Source: a virus
Taxonomy: Duplodnaviria > Caudoviricetes
IMG/VR virus record: IMGVR_UViG_3300035520_000607
Coordinates: 1-64,000 of that record
Strand: one strand, 5' to 3'
DNA: 64,000 nt
Shown: one piece after another, positions 18,318-27,368 of the stretch
Layout of the letters: every line of letters begins with the position of its first letter
Position numbering within the stretch: position 1 is the first letter of the stretch
Position numbers and translations under genes: made by a program
Notes under the pieces: model-generated
Told to the model about the DNA's origin: nothing
What the model saw: only the letters and a program-made list of their open reading frames with translations
The model's database searches: none

Positions 18318-18891
18318 TGGTTCCTGAGGTGAGATTTGAACTCACGATTTCCGACTTCTTGTTCTTATTCGGTCAACATTGGTAAAATATACTTTTCAAC
18401 TGTAAAATCTTTTATTAAATTACAATTACTCTTAGCTCCATATTGAGGAAGTTCTTTTCTAAATATTTTACTGTTAGTATTACTAATTAAATCAACTGGA
18501 ATAACTACAAGTTGATTATCAATAATACTAACTATAAAATCTATTTGTTTATTGTTATAATGCTTAATTATATTTTTATTAATCGTAGCAACGCTATTAG
18601 CAGTTTTAATTGTATAACTACCATTTTCTTCTAAATGAGCTGTTTTACACTGTATTCTAATATAATGACCATTTCCACCGTCTAATAATAAATCATATCT
18701 ACTATTATTTCCATATGGAATTGATACAATAAACCCATATTGTATAAATTTTTCTATACATTGTAATTCTGTTGTTAACCCTTTTATTTGAGTTTCATTA
18801 AATAAATTTGGAATAATTATCATCTCCTTAATTTACTAATGAACCGATTTTAAACATGAGGACGGCGAGATAACCACTTCTCTACTCAGGG
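18318..18891 (-). tRNA. tRNA-Met(CAU), fMet-like, split by a 498-nt insert (exons 18891-18856 and 18357-18318)
   Basis: Joined halves: CCCTGAG TA GAGA-AGTGGTTA-TCTC G CCGTC CTCAT|AA GTCGG AAATC GTGAG-TTCAAAT-CTCAC CTCAGGA A CCA; C1.A72 mismatch. Confidence 0.85.
18365..18823 (-). CDS. PD-(D/E)XK homing endonuclease (PDDEXK_5 / I-Ssp6803I-like) inside the tRNA insert
   Basis: KG..TE, YGF.VSIPYG...RYDLLLD, RIQCKT, Y...QIDF motifs. Confidence 0.85.
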   Translation of the reverse strand: MIIIPNLFNETQIKGLTTELQCIEKFIQYGFIVSIPYGNNSRYDLLLDGGNGHYIRIQCKTAHLEENGSYTIKTANSVATINKNIIKHYNNKQIDFIVSIIDNQLVVIPVDLISNTNSKIFRKELPQYGAKSNCNLIKDFTVEKYILPMLTE

Positions 18892-18919
18892 GTAAAGGAG
18901 ATATTACTCCTAATCTTTA

Positions 18920-19141
18920 TTATTTATTTTTATATTTCTTTCCACTTCTAGCTGGATGTTCCTTTGCATAAGCTGCAGCCGCTTCTTTTATTCTCTTTCC
19001 TTCTGGAGTTAAATACTTAGCTGCTTGTGGATTTCTTTTAAGTTTCTTATTAGTTTTTTGTTTTTTATCTAAGTTGCGTTGAGTGATCTCGTATTGAGCT
19101 TCTCCGCTACCTGATTTTTTCTTGCTTTTTGCCATATTCAA
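18920..19141 (-). CDS. Small highly basic protein
   Basis: Lys-rich ORF with promoter and AAAGGAG RBS. Confidence 0.7.
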   Translation of the reverse strand: MNMAKSKKKSGSGEAQYEITQRNLDKKQKTNKKLKRNPQAAKYLTPEGKRIKEAAAAYAKEHPARSGKKYKNK

Positions 19142-19412
19142 TTCTCCTTTTCTTAATTACATATATATTATATTATAAAATTAATTTAAAATCAAATTAA
19201 GTTTTCTTTACTCATTCTTTGCGGCAATAGAATAACTAATTCATCTTATTAAGGCGGTTACCCTTAATTTATTTTTATTTATATTTCTAAAAATCTCTAA
19301 ATAATATATTTAAATTGAGGAAATATATCTTTATATTAACGAATTTTATTAATATATTTAAAAATTTAGACCTTTCTACTTAAAATAAAATAATTATTAT
19401 AACCCATTTCCG

Positions 19413-19499
19413 CAAGACTCAAGATGTGTTGTCACAGAATCGTATAGATACTATATTTTGCTGTTTTCCATCTTTGCTATTGTAAAGAAAACTGTCTTA
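19413..19499 (-). ncRNA. Stem-CAGCAA small RNA copy 3
   Basis: AAGATG-GAAAACAGCAAAAT...CATCTT nested in an AAGAC/GTCTT stem. Confidence 0.45.
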
Positions 19500-19527
19500 G
19501 TTTCCATATAATATCTTTTTTCTTTCT

Positions 19528-19606
19528 AGGGGAGAGATATTATATTTCCGCCAAGACTACTACATCAAATATTTTCTTTTTTAAAATAAAATTGCTGGTA
19601 TCCCCT
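19528..19606 (-). ncRNA. Stem-CAGCAA small RNA copy 4
   Basis: AGGGGA-TACCAGCAATTT...TCCCCT. Confidence 0.45.
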
Positions 19607-19712
19607 GAGCGTAATGAAAGATTAGTAAAAGCATTGACGCCACGTGCAGGCTCTTTCATGTCAACATTAAAAGAGTATATTAGGTTAAAATAAATCATAT
19701 GTTTATTAATTA

Positions 19713-20099
19713 TTAAATAATATTAATGTTAGTAAATTTTAAATCTTTAGGTATATCTTTCTTTTGAATGGTGATATATAAAAGACCATTTTCCATTGCA
19801 GCTGCAATACTATCTAGTTTTAAAGTAGAAGGGTCAACAGCAAATTTAGAATTTATAGAGTATTCAGTTCCTGAAACTTTATCTTTTGTTTTTCCTTCTA
19901 TATGAATTTGATAACTATTACCTTCAGAGTTAATAGTTAATTTTAAATCTTTTTTATTTAAACCTAAAACATTGTGAACAATTATAACTTTATCTTCCTT
20001 ATTATAGATAGAATATGGATGCATATCCTTTTCATTTCTATTGAATTTATAGTTTTTCTTGTCCCAATCAAATAAATCAAATAAATCATTATCAAACAT
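19713..20099 (-). CDS. Small heat-shock protein (Hsp20/alpha-crystallin)
   Basis: GLNKKDLKL and I.AAMENGLLYITI.K motifs; GGAGG RBS. Confidence 0.85.
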   Translation of the reverse strand: MFDNDLFDLFDWDKKNYKFNRNEKDMHPYSIYNKEDKVIIVHNVLGLNKKDLKLTINSEGNSYQIHIEGKTKDKVSGTEYSINSKFAVDPSTLKLDSIAAAMENGLLYITIQKKDIPKDLKFTNINII

Positions 20100-20410
20100 A
20101 TTAAGACCTCCTTAAAATTAAAAGCCTAATTATACTCTTTACGAATTTATTATATCATAAATTTTTTCAATAGTCAAATAAATTTAACTTTCTATATAAT
20201 TGCATTGTTTAATTAAATAATTTTCTTTTAGATATTGTAAATAAGTTAAATCTTTTATAGTAGCCATATGAGTTTTTCCATCATAATCTATATATAGTAC
20301 TACATAATAAGGCGGTAATAGATAATATTCTTTTTCATCTTCCATAATTAACCTCTCCTTTTTCTTATTTATTATATCTATATTTTATTATTATTTTTAT
20401 TTAAAATCAA

Positions 20411-20944
20411 TTATTTTGCTTTTCCTCATCTTAAGACATCAACATCTACATTTTGAACCCATAAACTAGCAGCTTCTGAATTACTACTTGTTAATAAGTC
20501 TAATTTATTACCTTTAATAGCTCCGCCTCGATCTAAAACAATAGCAATAATACTACCAGTTTTATAATCATTTAATCTTAATATTGTATAAAAAGGATAT
20601 TTCTTACTTGCGGCAACTATTCTAACTTGCCCATATTCACTATCATTATAATAAATAGTATTTCTTACATCATATCCACTTGCGGTGATGCCGCTACATC
20701 CTTTACAATCTGGACCATAATGCGTAAGGTATCCTGTAAAATGGTTACTCTTAGCTGTTGTCGTTGTTATCTTTTTCTTAGTAGTAGTAGTAGTAGTTTG
20801 CGTGGTTGTCGGTTGTTCCTCCACATAGACTGTCTCTTCGGATGTTTGATCGGCCTCCACGCATTTTATAGTTTCTCAACTTGATGTTTTAAGAGGTATA
20901 AAACTTATTAATATTAACAGTATCCCTAATAAACATTTTTTCAT
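20411..20944 (-). CDS. Secreted 3D-domain (cell-wall lytic transglycosylase-like) protein, two TGA=Trp
   Basis: Reading TGA 20876-20878 as Trp adds signal peptide MKKCLLGILLILISF; T-rich linker; YGPDC.GC, TASG, DRGGAIKGNKLDL; ends VLR-W-GKAK. Confidence 0.85.
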
Positions 20945-21261
20945 TATAAATCTAATGCACTTAATATCTTTTTGATATTATCCTTTTCTTCTTGTGTAAT
21001 TTTAACTGCGGTTTGTTCAGTAACTTTTTCATTGGTTTGCCCAAAGTTAATTTCGTTATTTAAAGCTCCTGGGATTGCTATATCTCCATCAGGTTCAACA
21101 TTAATTTTAGCACAAGTTAAAGTTACTTTTATTTGAATAGGTTCACCATCTTCAGTTCCACATATTCTAATTTCTTTTCCACCATCATATTTAAATGAGC
21201 CTGGAAAAGCTTCTAAAATCTTTTTAGATATTTCTTCCTTAAAAATTTGCCCTCTAGCCAT
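20944..21261 (-). CDS. Hypothetical phage protein
   Basis: ORF with GGAGG RBS. Confidence 0.75.
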   Translation of the reverse strand: MARGQIFKEEISKKILEAFPGSFKYDGGKEIRICGTEDGEPIQIKVTLTCAKINVEPDGDIAIPGALNNEINFGQTNEKVTEQTAVKITQEEKDNIKKILSALDL

Positions 21262-21303
21262 TCTGAATTCCTCCTTTGTATTATAATTATATAATATTTA
21301 TTT

Positions 21304-22104
21304 TTAATTGTCCATTTTAACTTCTATTCCAGCTTTTTCAAGAATATTAGATAACTGTTTCACAGTTTCGCACATGTGGCAATTACCGCCTTTTTGACAT
21401 TTTTTTCCACATCTAATGCGGGTTTCCGCAAATCTAGGCACTATAAATCTGCTATTGAAGTCTTCTTTAAACCCAATTATAATCTCTTTAAGCTCTCCAT
21501 ACCATTTTTTATCAATAGCATAAATCTCATAAAGCAGATCTTCTTTATCTTCGTTATCATAAAATTCTATTACATCAATATAATTTTCATATTGAGTTAT
21601 GTCTTCTGGTCTAATAAAGAACTTCTTTAATGCGGCGGTATCTTGCCATGAAGATTGAGCTACATTTGGAAAGCATCTCACTTTAACATCTATTGAGTGA
21701 AGCATTACCGCAACCTTATCTAACTCAAAACCTAAATCTTCAACGATATAAATATCCGAAACACCCATTGCCGCAAGACCTTGTAAAATATCCCAATTAT
21801 TGACTTTCATATCAAAGAAAAATTTTATATTATTATCTTTTAATATATTAATAATATGTTTATCTATAAAACCTAATTTAATATAAATATTAGTTTTATA
21901 TTCAGGATACTTTTTAAATATCTCTAACATTATACTTAAGCTATCTGGCTCAATATTTTCTCCAAAATAAATATTAATTCTTTTAGTTTTATATTCTTCT
22001 AAAAATTTTAACAATGTAGTATCTTTTTTATTATAAACAATAGTAAGTTCATCTACCTTATCTAAATATTTAGAATGTTTATTATAATTTAAACAATATT
22101 TCAT
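21304..22104 (-). CDS. Hypothetical protein (weak U32-peptidase-like features)
   Basis: FIRPEDI..YE and C-terminal RCGKKC...CHMC cluster. Confidence 0.65.
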   Translation of the reverse strand: MKYCLNYNKHSKYLDKVDELTIVYNKKDTTLLKFLEEYKTKRINIYFGENIEPDSLSIMLEIFKKYPEYKTNIYIKLGFIDKHIINILKDNNIKFFFDMKVNNWDILQGLAAMGVSDIYIVEDLGFELDKVAVMLHSIDVKVRCFPNVAQSSWQDTAALKKFFIRPEDITQYENYIDVIEFYDNEDKEDLLYEIYAIDKKWYGELKEIIIGFKEDFNSRFIVPRFAETRIRCGKKCQKGGNCHMCETVKQLSNILEKAGIEVKMDN

Positions 22105-22165
22105 ATATTCCTCCTATTAGAATAAGAAAAGTGGCGGAAATGCTACTCCCGCCTTTTATTATTAA

Positions 22166-22546
22166 TTAATCTGCTAATTTATATGCTTTAACTGTTTTCT
22201 TATCTTCAGTCTTAACATCAGTTTTAGTAGCTATTCCTGCATTTACTAATTGAGTTAATCTTGATGTAACTTTAGCTTTTGAAACACCTTCACCTTGAAT
22301 TTGTGAAACTATTTCTGCTGCTGTTTGATATTCATCAGTTAATACAGATTGAACAACATCTCTTAGCTCATCCCCAGCGGCTTTCTTTTCAGCAGCTTTA
22401 AGTTTTGCTTTTTCAGCTTTATTATCTATTAATGCTATTTGTTTATCAATAAATTCTAATAATAAATCTTTATCTTCTACATCTCCATTAATAACAGTTT
22501 CCTTTAATAATACATAATATTCTCTTTTAGTAGTTTTTTCTTTCAT
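22166..22546 (-). CDS. Small winged-HTH-like protein, paralog of 5826..6191
   Basis: TKREYY..LK...FIDKQIAL; TAAEI...SKAKVTSRLTQLV; RBS AAAGGAG. Confidence 0.78.
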   Translation of the reverse strand: MKEKTTKREYYVLLKETVINGDVEDKDLLLEFIDKQIALIDNKAEKAKLKAAEKKAAGDELRDVVQSVLTDEYQTAAEIVSQIQGEGVSKAKVTSRLTQLVNAGIATKTDVKTEDKKTVKAYKLAD

Positions 22547-22621
22547 GTCTATCTCTCCTTTTCTTTTTTCTATATACATTATAAAATATTTTTTTATGAA
22601 AATCAATAGCTAAAGTTTAGT

Positions 22622-22882
22622 CTAGCATTGTCTCATTGAAATCTCGTCTAGTAATTCATGCTCATCTGCAATAATTAATTCATTTAATTTATATCCATAT
22701 ATATTTAATAAATATTCTAAAATTTGCATAGGTGACATATCATTATCAAAATCATATCGATCAAGAGCTAATATAATTTGTTCTTTTATACTTTCACTAT
22801 TTCTTATATTATAAGAAATTCCATCATTAATAACATTACCTCCATCTTTATTAACATCTAATGGGTTATAAAAATATACCAT
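22622..22882 (-). CDS. Hypothetical protein
   Basis: ORF with promoter and RBS. Confidence 0.6.
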   Translation of the reverse strand: MVYFYNPLDVNKDGGNVINDGISYNIRNSESIKEQIILALDRYDFDNDMSPMQILEYLLNIYGYKLNELIIADEHELLDEISMRQC

Positions 22883-22904
22883 ATTTAATCAATTCCTTTC
22901 TTTT

Positions 22905-23040
22905 AAAAATTACATTTATATTATATTATATTTTTTATAAAAAACAAAAATATAAGTATTACCGCAACTTTTCAAACTTACATTGATTTTTTAAAAAATT
23001 TTTCTTATAATATAAGTATAAAAAGTAATATAGAAAGGAT
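22905..23040. promoter_or_regulatory. Divergent promoter region separating left and right transcription arms
   Basis: Gene orientation flips; TTGATT-17-TATAAT on + (22983-23011) and TATAAT boxes on -. Confidence 0.65.
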
Positions 23041-23043
23041 TAT

Positions 23044-24075
23044 GTGAGAATGAATAAAATTACAGATGAAGAAATTTATAATTATATGAATGAACAACTT
23101 GAAAAAGTAAAAGAAATATATAATAAAGATAGAATCTTTGGTCTTTTTACTTATGGAAAAGTCAATTATGGATTTGCGGAAACAATAGATGATGTTCAAT
23201 TACTATTATATTACTTGCCAACTTTTGAGGAGCTATGTATTCCAGGTACTGAAAAAACTATTTATGCGGAAATACCTGGTACTAGAGTTCTAAGAACTGA
23301 CCTTAGAGCTGTTTATAACTTAGTAACTACTCAAGATATGTCTACTGTAGAAACATTCTTTGTTAGTTATAAACTAATAAATCCTAAATATGAATATTTA
23401 TATGATAAATATTTTTATAAACATAAAACATTGTTTGATTATTATAATTGTAAATTAAGATGTCAAAACATCTTCAATAGAAGCATTTTAAAGCTAGATG
23501 AGATCGACTTGAAGGGATACTCTCCAGAAGCCGCATTCGAGGCTTATCATTTAAAAATGAGTCTTGAAATATTTTTAGCAAGCGGAAATGTAGATGAAAG
23601 CTTTAGAATAGCGAATGAATCTTATGCTTATTTTTTATGGCAAATATTAGAGAATAAAGTTACGCCTAATATGAAGCAATTAAGAAATGAATTAAATGTT
23701 CTAAATAACAAGATAAGAGAACTTCCTAATAATCAAAATAAAGAGGCTGGAGATAAAATCTTAAAAGACTGTCTTTTAGAGGTTATGTCAGTAGCTTTAT
23801 CTTATGAATCTAATGATTTAGAAAAATTCTTTGAATCTTTAACCGCAACAGAGTATAAAGCATTACAATTATTAATTGCAGATTTTGACGATAATGAAAA
23901 AGATGTATCTATATCTCAATTAATAGATAAAACTAATATATCAAGACCAGTTTATACTGCATTATTTTACAAACTAAGAGAAAGTAAGATTGCGGAGATC
24001 GATAACCGCGGTGTTAAAGGTACTCATATTAGTTTTAATAATATAAATGAAGTTAAAAGATTATTTGAAAATTAA
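23044..24075 (+). CDS. Degenerate nucleotidyltransferase-like domain fused to CodY-type C-terminal winged HTH
   Basis: N-term GLFTYGKVNYG...DDV; C-term LTATE..AL...SISQL.DKTNISRPV......KL....IAEIDNRGVKGTHI parallels the CodY HTH. Confidence 0.7.
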   Translation: MRMNKITDEEIYNYMNEQLEKVKEIYNKDRIFGLFTYGKVNYGFAETIDDVQLLLYYLPTFEELCIPGTEKTIYAEIPGTRVLRTDLRAVYNLVTTQDMSTVETFFVSYKLINPKYEYLYDKYFYKHKTLFDYYNCKLRCQNIFNRSILKLDEIDLKGYSPEAAFEAYHLKMSLEIFLASGNVDESFRIANESYAYFLWQILENKVTPNMKQLRNELNVLNNKIRELPNNQNKEAGDKILKDCLLEVMSVALSYESNDLEKFFESLTATEYKALQLLIADFDDNEKDVSISQLIDKTNISRPVYTALFYKLRESKIAEIDNRGVKGTHISFNNINEVKRLFEN

Positions 24076-24146
24076 AAGTATTTACTTTTGATTTTTTTTA
24101 TTTTTTATATTATGATATTTATATAAAAAGAAAGAAGGTATGTAGA

Positions 24147-25403
24147 ATGATTAATCCAAGCACAAAGCAACGTGAACTAGCTTATGTAGTCCGCATAGAT
24201 AGAATAGAACCTATTGAAGGCTCAGATAACTGCGAAGCTGCCGTAGTAGGTGGCTGGAAAGTTATGGTTCGTAAAGAAACATTTAAGGCAGGAGAATTAG
24301 CAGTTTATTTTGAGATAGATTCAAAAGTACCAGAAACTGAAACCTATGCATTTTTAGCTCCAAAACATTATAAAGTTAAAACTCAAAAATATACATTCGG
24401 CGGAAAAGGTAACTTTGTAAGTCAAGGTTTATTAATGACTTTTAAAGATTTCTATGTCAATGGCGGATGCCCTGCATGGCAAGCAGAACTAATAAGTAGA
24501 ATTCAATGCGGGGATACTGATATATCAAATGAATTTTTAACAGAAATATTAGGAGTTACTTATGCTATTGCTGAAGACAACAAAAGAAAAGCATCAATAG
24601 ATAAATATAAGAGAATGGTTCAAAGACATTCTAATCTATTTAAAAAGAATAAATTAGTTAAATGGTTATATAAAAGAGACTGGGGTAAAAAATTATTGTT
24701 TATATTCTTAGGTAAAAAATCAGATAAAAAAGGTTCATTTTGGCCTGAATGGGTAGTAAAAACAAATGAAGAAAGAGTTCAAAATTTACCAAACCTATTC
24801 CCTCCTGATAATACGGAATGGTTTGTAACTGAAAAAGTTGATGGTTCTAGTACAACATTTACTATGAAAAGAAAAAGAAGAAAAGAATATGAATTTTATG
24901 TATGCAGTCGCAACGTATGCTTTGATAAACCTGAGAAGGAAGATAAATTGTTTTATGAAACAAATATATATGCTGAAATGGCTGAAAAGTACCATATAGA
25001 AAAAGTATTGAAAGATATATTAGATAAAAATAAAGATTTCACTTTTGTTACACTTCAGGGTGAAACTTATGGTGAAGGAGTTCAAAAGAAAACATACAAT
25101 ATAAAAGGACATGATTTTAAAGCATTTAACTTAATATATGGCGACAAAAATGGCGTAACTAAAAGATTAAATCCAAGAGAAATGACTGATGTATTAGTAA
25201 ATATTTATAATATACCTTGCGTTCCAATATTAGATGAGCATTTTATATTACCTAATACAATAGAAGAAATGATAGCTTATGCAGATGGTATGTCAGTAAT
25301 AGATCCCGCTTCAATAAGAGAAGGCGTAGTATTAAGAACTGCAGATGGAGTTAATTCATTTAAAAGTGTTAGCAATAACTATTTAATAGAAAAGGGAGAA
25401 TAA
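24147..25403 (+). CDS. ATP-dependent RNA ligase (DRB0094/Rnl5-like)
   Basis: N-term OB domain (IEPIEGSD, GGW.V.V, YFEIDS), KTNEERVQN, TEKVDGSS, QGE, REGVV, FKSVSN.YL. Confidence 0.9.
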   Translation: MINPSTKQRELAYVVRIDRIEPIEGSDNCEAAVVGGWKVMVRKETFKAGELAVYFEIDSKVPETETYAFLAPKHYKVKTQKYTFGGKGNFVSQGLLMTFKDFYVNGGCPAWQAELISRIQCGDTDISNEFLTEILGVTYAIAEDNKRKASIDKYKRMVQRHSNLFKKNKLVKWLYKRDWGKKLLFIFLGKKSDKKGSFWPEWVVKTNEERVQNLPNLFPPDNTEWFVTEKVDGSSTTFTMKRKRRKEYEFYVCSRNVCFDKPEKEDKLFYETNIYAEMAEKYHIEKVLKDILDKNKDFTFVTLQGETYGEGVQKKTYNIKGHDFKAFNLIYGDKNGVTKRLNPREMTDVLVNIYNIPCVPILDEHFILPNTIEEMIAYADGMSVIDPASIREGVVLRTADGVNSFKSVSNNYLIEKGE

Positions 25404-25480
25404 TCATTTTTATTGATTATTCTTTTATTTTTTGTTATAATAAAAGTGTAAAATTATTTGAAAGAAAGGAATTGATAAAG

Positions 25481-25825
25481 ATGGCAAATTTTAAGATGAC
25501 TCAAAGTAGATTCTTCTGCACTCAATGCGGAAAAGAAGGAATTCCTATCTTGAGGAAAGTTGCCCATCAGAGAGAAAATAGACATTTAAAGAAATTATAT
25601 TGTACCTATTGTAAAGAAGAAATTAATCATGCGGAAGTTCGTGAGGGAAGTAGTTACACTTATGAAGATTTTGTAGAAGAATTTAATTTAGGTAGATTTA
25701 AGAACGATGGAACAAGAGATACTGTTGATGAATTAGTATTTTGTTCTAAAATAGATTGTCCTTTCAATAGAGATGGGAAATGTTGGAATTCAAGCAATTC
25801 TGCAAATTGCAAACATAAAATATAG
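25481..25825 (+). CDS. Zn-ribbon protein with ribosomal L33-like pattern
   Basis: CTQCG...HLKKLYCTYCKEEINHAE; extra C-terminal Cys cluster. Confidence 0.6.
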   Translation: MANFKMTQSRFFCTQCGKEGIPILRKVAHQRENRHLKKLYCTYCKEEINHAEVREGSSYTYEDFVEEFNLGRFKNDGTRDTVDELVFCSKIDCPFNRDGKCWNSSNSANCKHKI

Positions 25826-25827
25826 AG

Positions 25828-26349
25828 GTGATTAATATGACATATCTAATGATGATGGCGGGAATCCCTGGTTCAGGGAAAAGCACCCTAGCTAAAAGAT
25901 GGATACCAAAAGGCGATACTAGATATATATCAAGAGATGATATAAGATTCAAAATGATTAAAGATAATGAAGAATATTTCTCAAAAGAAAAAGAAGTATT
26001 TCAAGAGTATTTAAGACAAATAGATGCGGCAATAGCTAAAGGCACTAGATATATATTTGCAGATGCTACACACCTTAACTACAGTAGTCGCAGAAAAGTA
26101 CTATCTCAACTAAAAAATAAACCAGATGTGGTATGTGTATTTTATTTTGATGTTCCTATTGATGTTGCTCTTGAAAGAAATGCACAAAGGACAGGTAAAG
26201 CATTTGTACCAGAAACCGCAATAAGAAATATGTGGAATTCTATGCAATTTCCGCAAGCAGACGAAGGTATAGATATGGTTATTCCAGTAGATGAGAAAGG
26301 TATGCTTCTTTTAGATAAAATAGTTTCATATACCAAGGAGGAGATCTAA
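25828..26349 (+). CDS. Polynucleotide kinase-like P-loop protein (AAA_33)
   Basis: GIPGSGKST, ISRDDIR, DATHL, ERNAQR. Confidence 0.88.
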   Translation: MINMTYLMMMAGIPGSGKSTLAKRWIPKGDTRYISRDDIRFKMIKDNEEYFSKEKEVFQEYLRQIDAAIAKGTRYIFADATHLNYSSRRKVLSQLKNKPDVVCVFYFDVPIDVALERNAQRTGKAFVPETAIRNMWNSMQFPQADEGIDMVIPVDEKGMLLLDKIVSYTKEEI

Positions 26350-26904
26350 ATGATATATTTTACAGCGGATACGCATCTCGGTCATCAAAAAGAATTCTTA
26401 TGGAGACCCCGCGGATTCAGCTCTAGCAAAGAACACGATGAACAAATTATTACAAACTGGAATTCTATTGTTAATCCAAATGATGATGTTTATCATTTAG
26501 GAGATTTAATGTTAGGTGATAATGAATATGGGTTAGAGTGCATTAAACAATTAAATGGCAAAATCCATATCATACTTGGTAATCATGATACAGAAAGCAG
26601 AATAAAATTATATAAAACACTTCCTAATGTGATTGAAATAGTTGATGCTAAGCGATTAAAGTATGGTAAAGCATATTTCTTCTTATGTCATTATCCAGTT
26701 ATTACCGCAAATTATGATGACCAAAAAGCTTGGACGAAACATTTAATTGGAGTTCACGGCCACACGCATCAAAAGGAAAAATTTTATAATAATAATCCAT
26801 ACATGTACTGTGTATGTTTAGATGCTCATGATAATAAGCCTGTATCAATAGAGCAAGTTATTGAAGATATTAAGGAGGAATCATATGATCAAGCTAATAG
26901 ATAG
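26350..26904 (+). CDS. Metallophosphoesterase
   Basis: ADTHLGH, HLGD, GNHD, HYP, HGHTH. Confidence 0.9.
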   Translation: MIYFTADTHLGHQKEFLWRPRGFSSSKEHDEQIITNWNSIVNPNDDVYHLGDLMLGDNEYGLECIKQLNGKIHIILGNHDTESRIKLYKTLPNVIEIVDAKRLKYGKAYFFLCHYPVITANYDDQKAWTKHLIGVHGHTHQKEKFYNNNPYMYCVCLDAHDNKPVSIEQVIEDIKEESYDQANR

Positions 26905-27310
26905 TAATTATGATAAAGAAACAGGAGTTTCTTGGTCTAAAATAAGAACTGAAATTGGGGATTTTGAAGGAGCCGCTTTCTTACACCCAGAAGATAGAGA
27001 TTCTGCATCAAGCTTTTTAGGATGCGAGATTGCAGAATATAGAGCTACTATTCACTATTTTGAAAAAAAATTAATGATTTTAAATATTAAAAATGAAGCA
27101 TTAGAAAAATTAAAAATAGATTTTGATAGAGCTGACTTAATGGATGCGGAAACAAGTTTTTATAGAAAGACTTTAAGAAAAAGACTAGAACAAAATTATA
27201 TTCAAAAGAAAGAATATAAAGCAAATATCATGTCATTAAGAAAAGTTATTGACGATATGATAGATACTAGAATAGAAATCTTAAAAAAATTAAAAAAGGA
27301 AGATAAATAA
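26885..27310 (+). CDS. Hypothetical phage protein
   Basis: ATG 26885 after AAGGAGG; HPED...S.FLGCEIAE.RA. Confidence 0.75.
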   Translation: MIKLIDSNYDKETGVSWSKIRTEIGDFEGAAFLHPEDRDSASSFLGCEIAEYRATIHYFEKKLMILNIKNEALEKLKIDFDRADLMDAETSFYRKTLRKRLEQNYIQKKEYKANIMSLRKVIDDMIDTRIEILKKLKKEDK

Positions 27311-27368
27311 TCTTCCTTTGATTTTTTTATAAATATATAATATAATTATTAAAAGGAGATGTATAATA

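Larger units (their letters stand above)
6255..22945 (-). promoter_or_regulatory. Recurrent early-type promoter TTGA(T/C)-AT-rich 17 bp-TATAAT-A(T/A)A(T/A)ATGTAATAA
   Basis: Copies near 6270, 6420, 6790, 7370, 7660, 7995, 8275, 9460, 10935, 14885, 17645, 19160 and 22915, each ahead of a small gene or RNA. Confidence 0.7.

Noticed and set aside
18318-18891. Canonical archaeal bulge-helix-bulge intron
   Set aside because: The junction pairing gives 2-nt bulges and a 2-bp central helix, not 3-4-3; only a looser terminal helix is supported.
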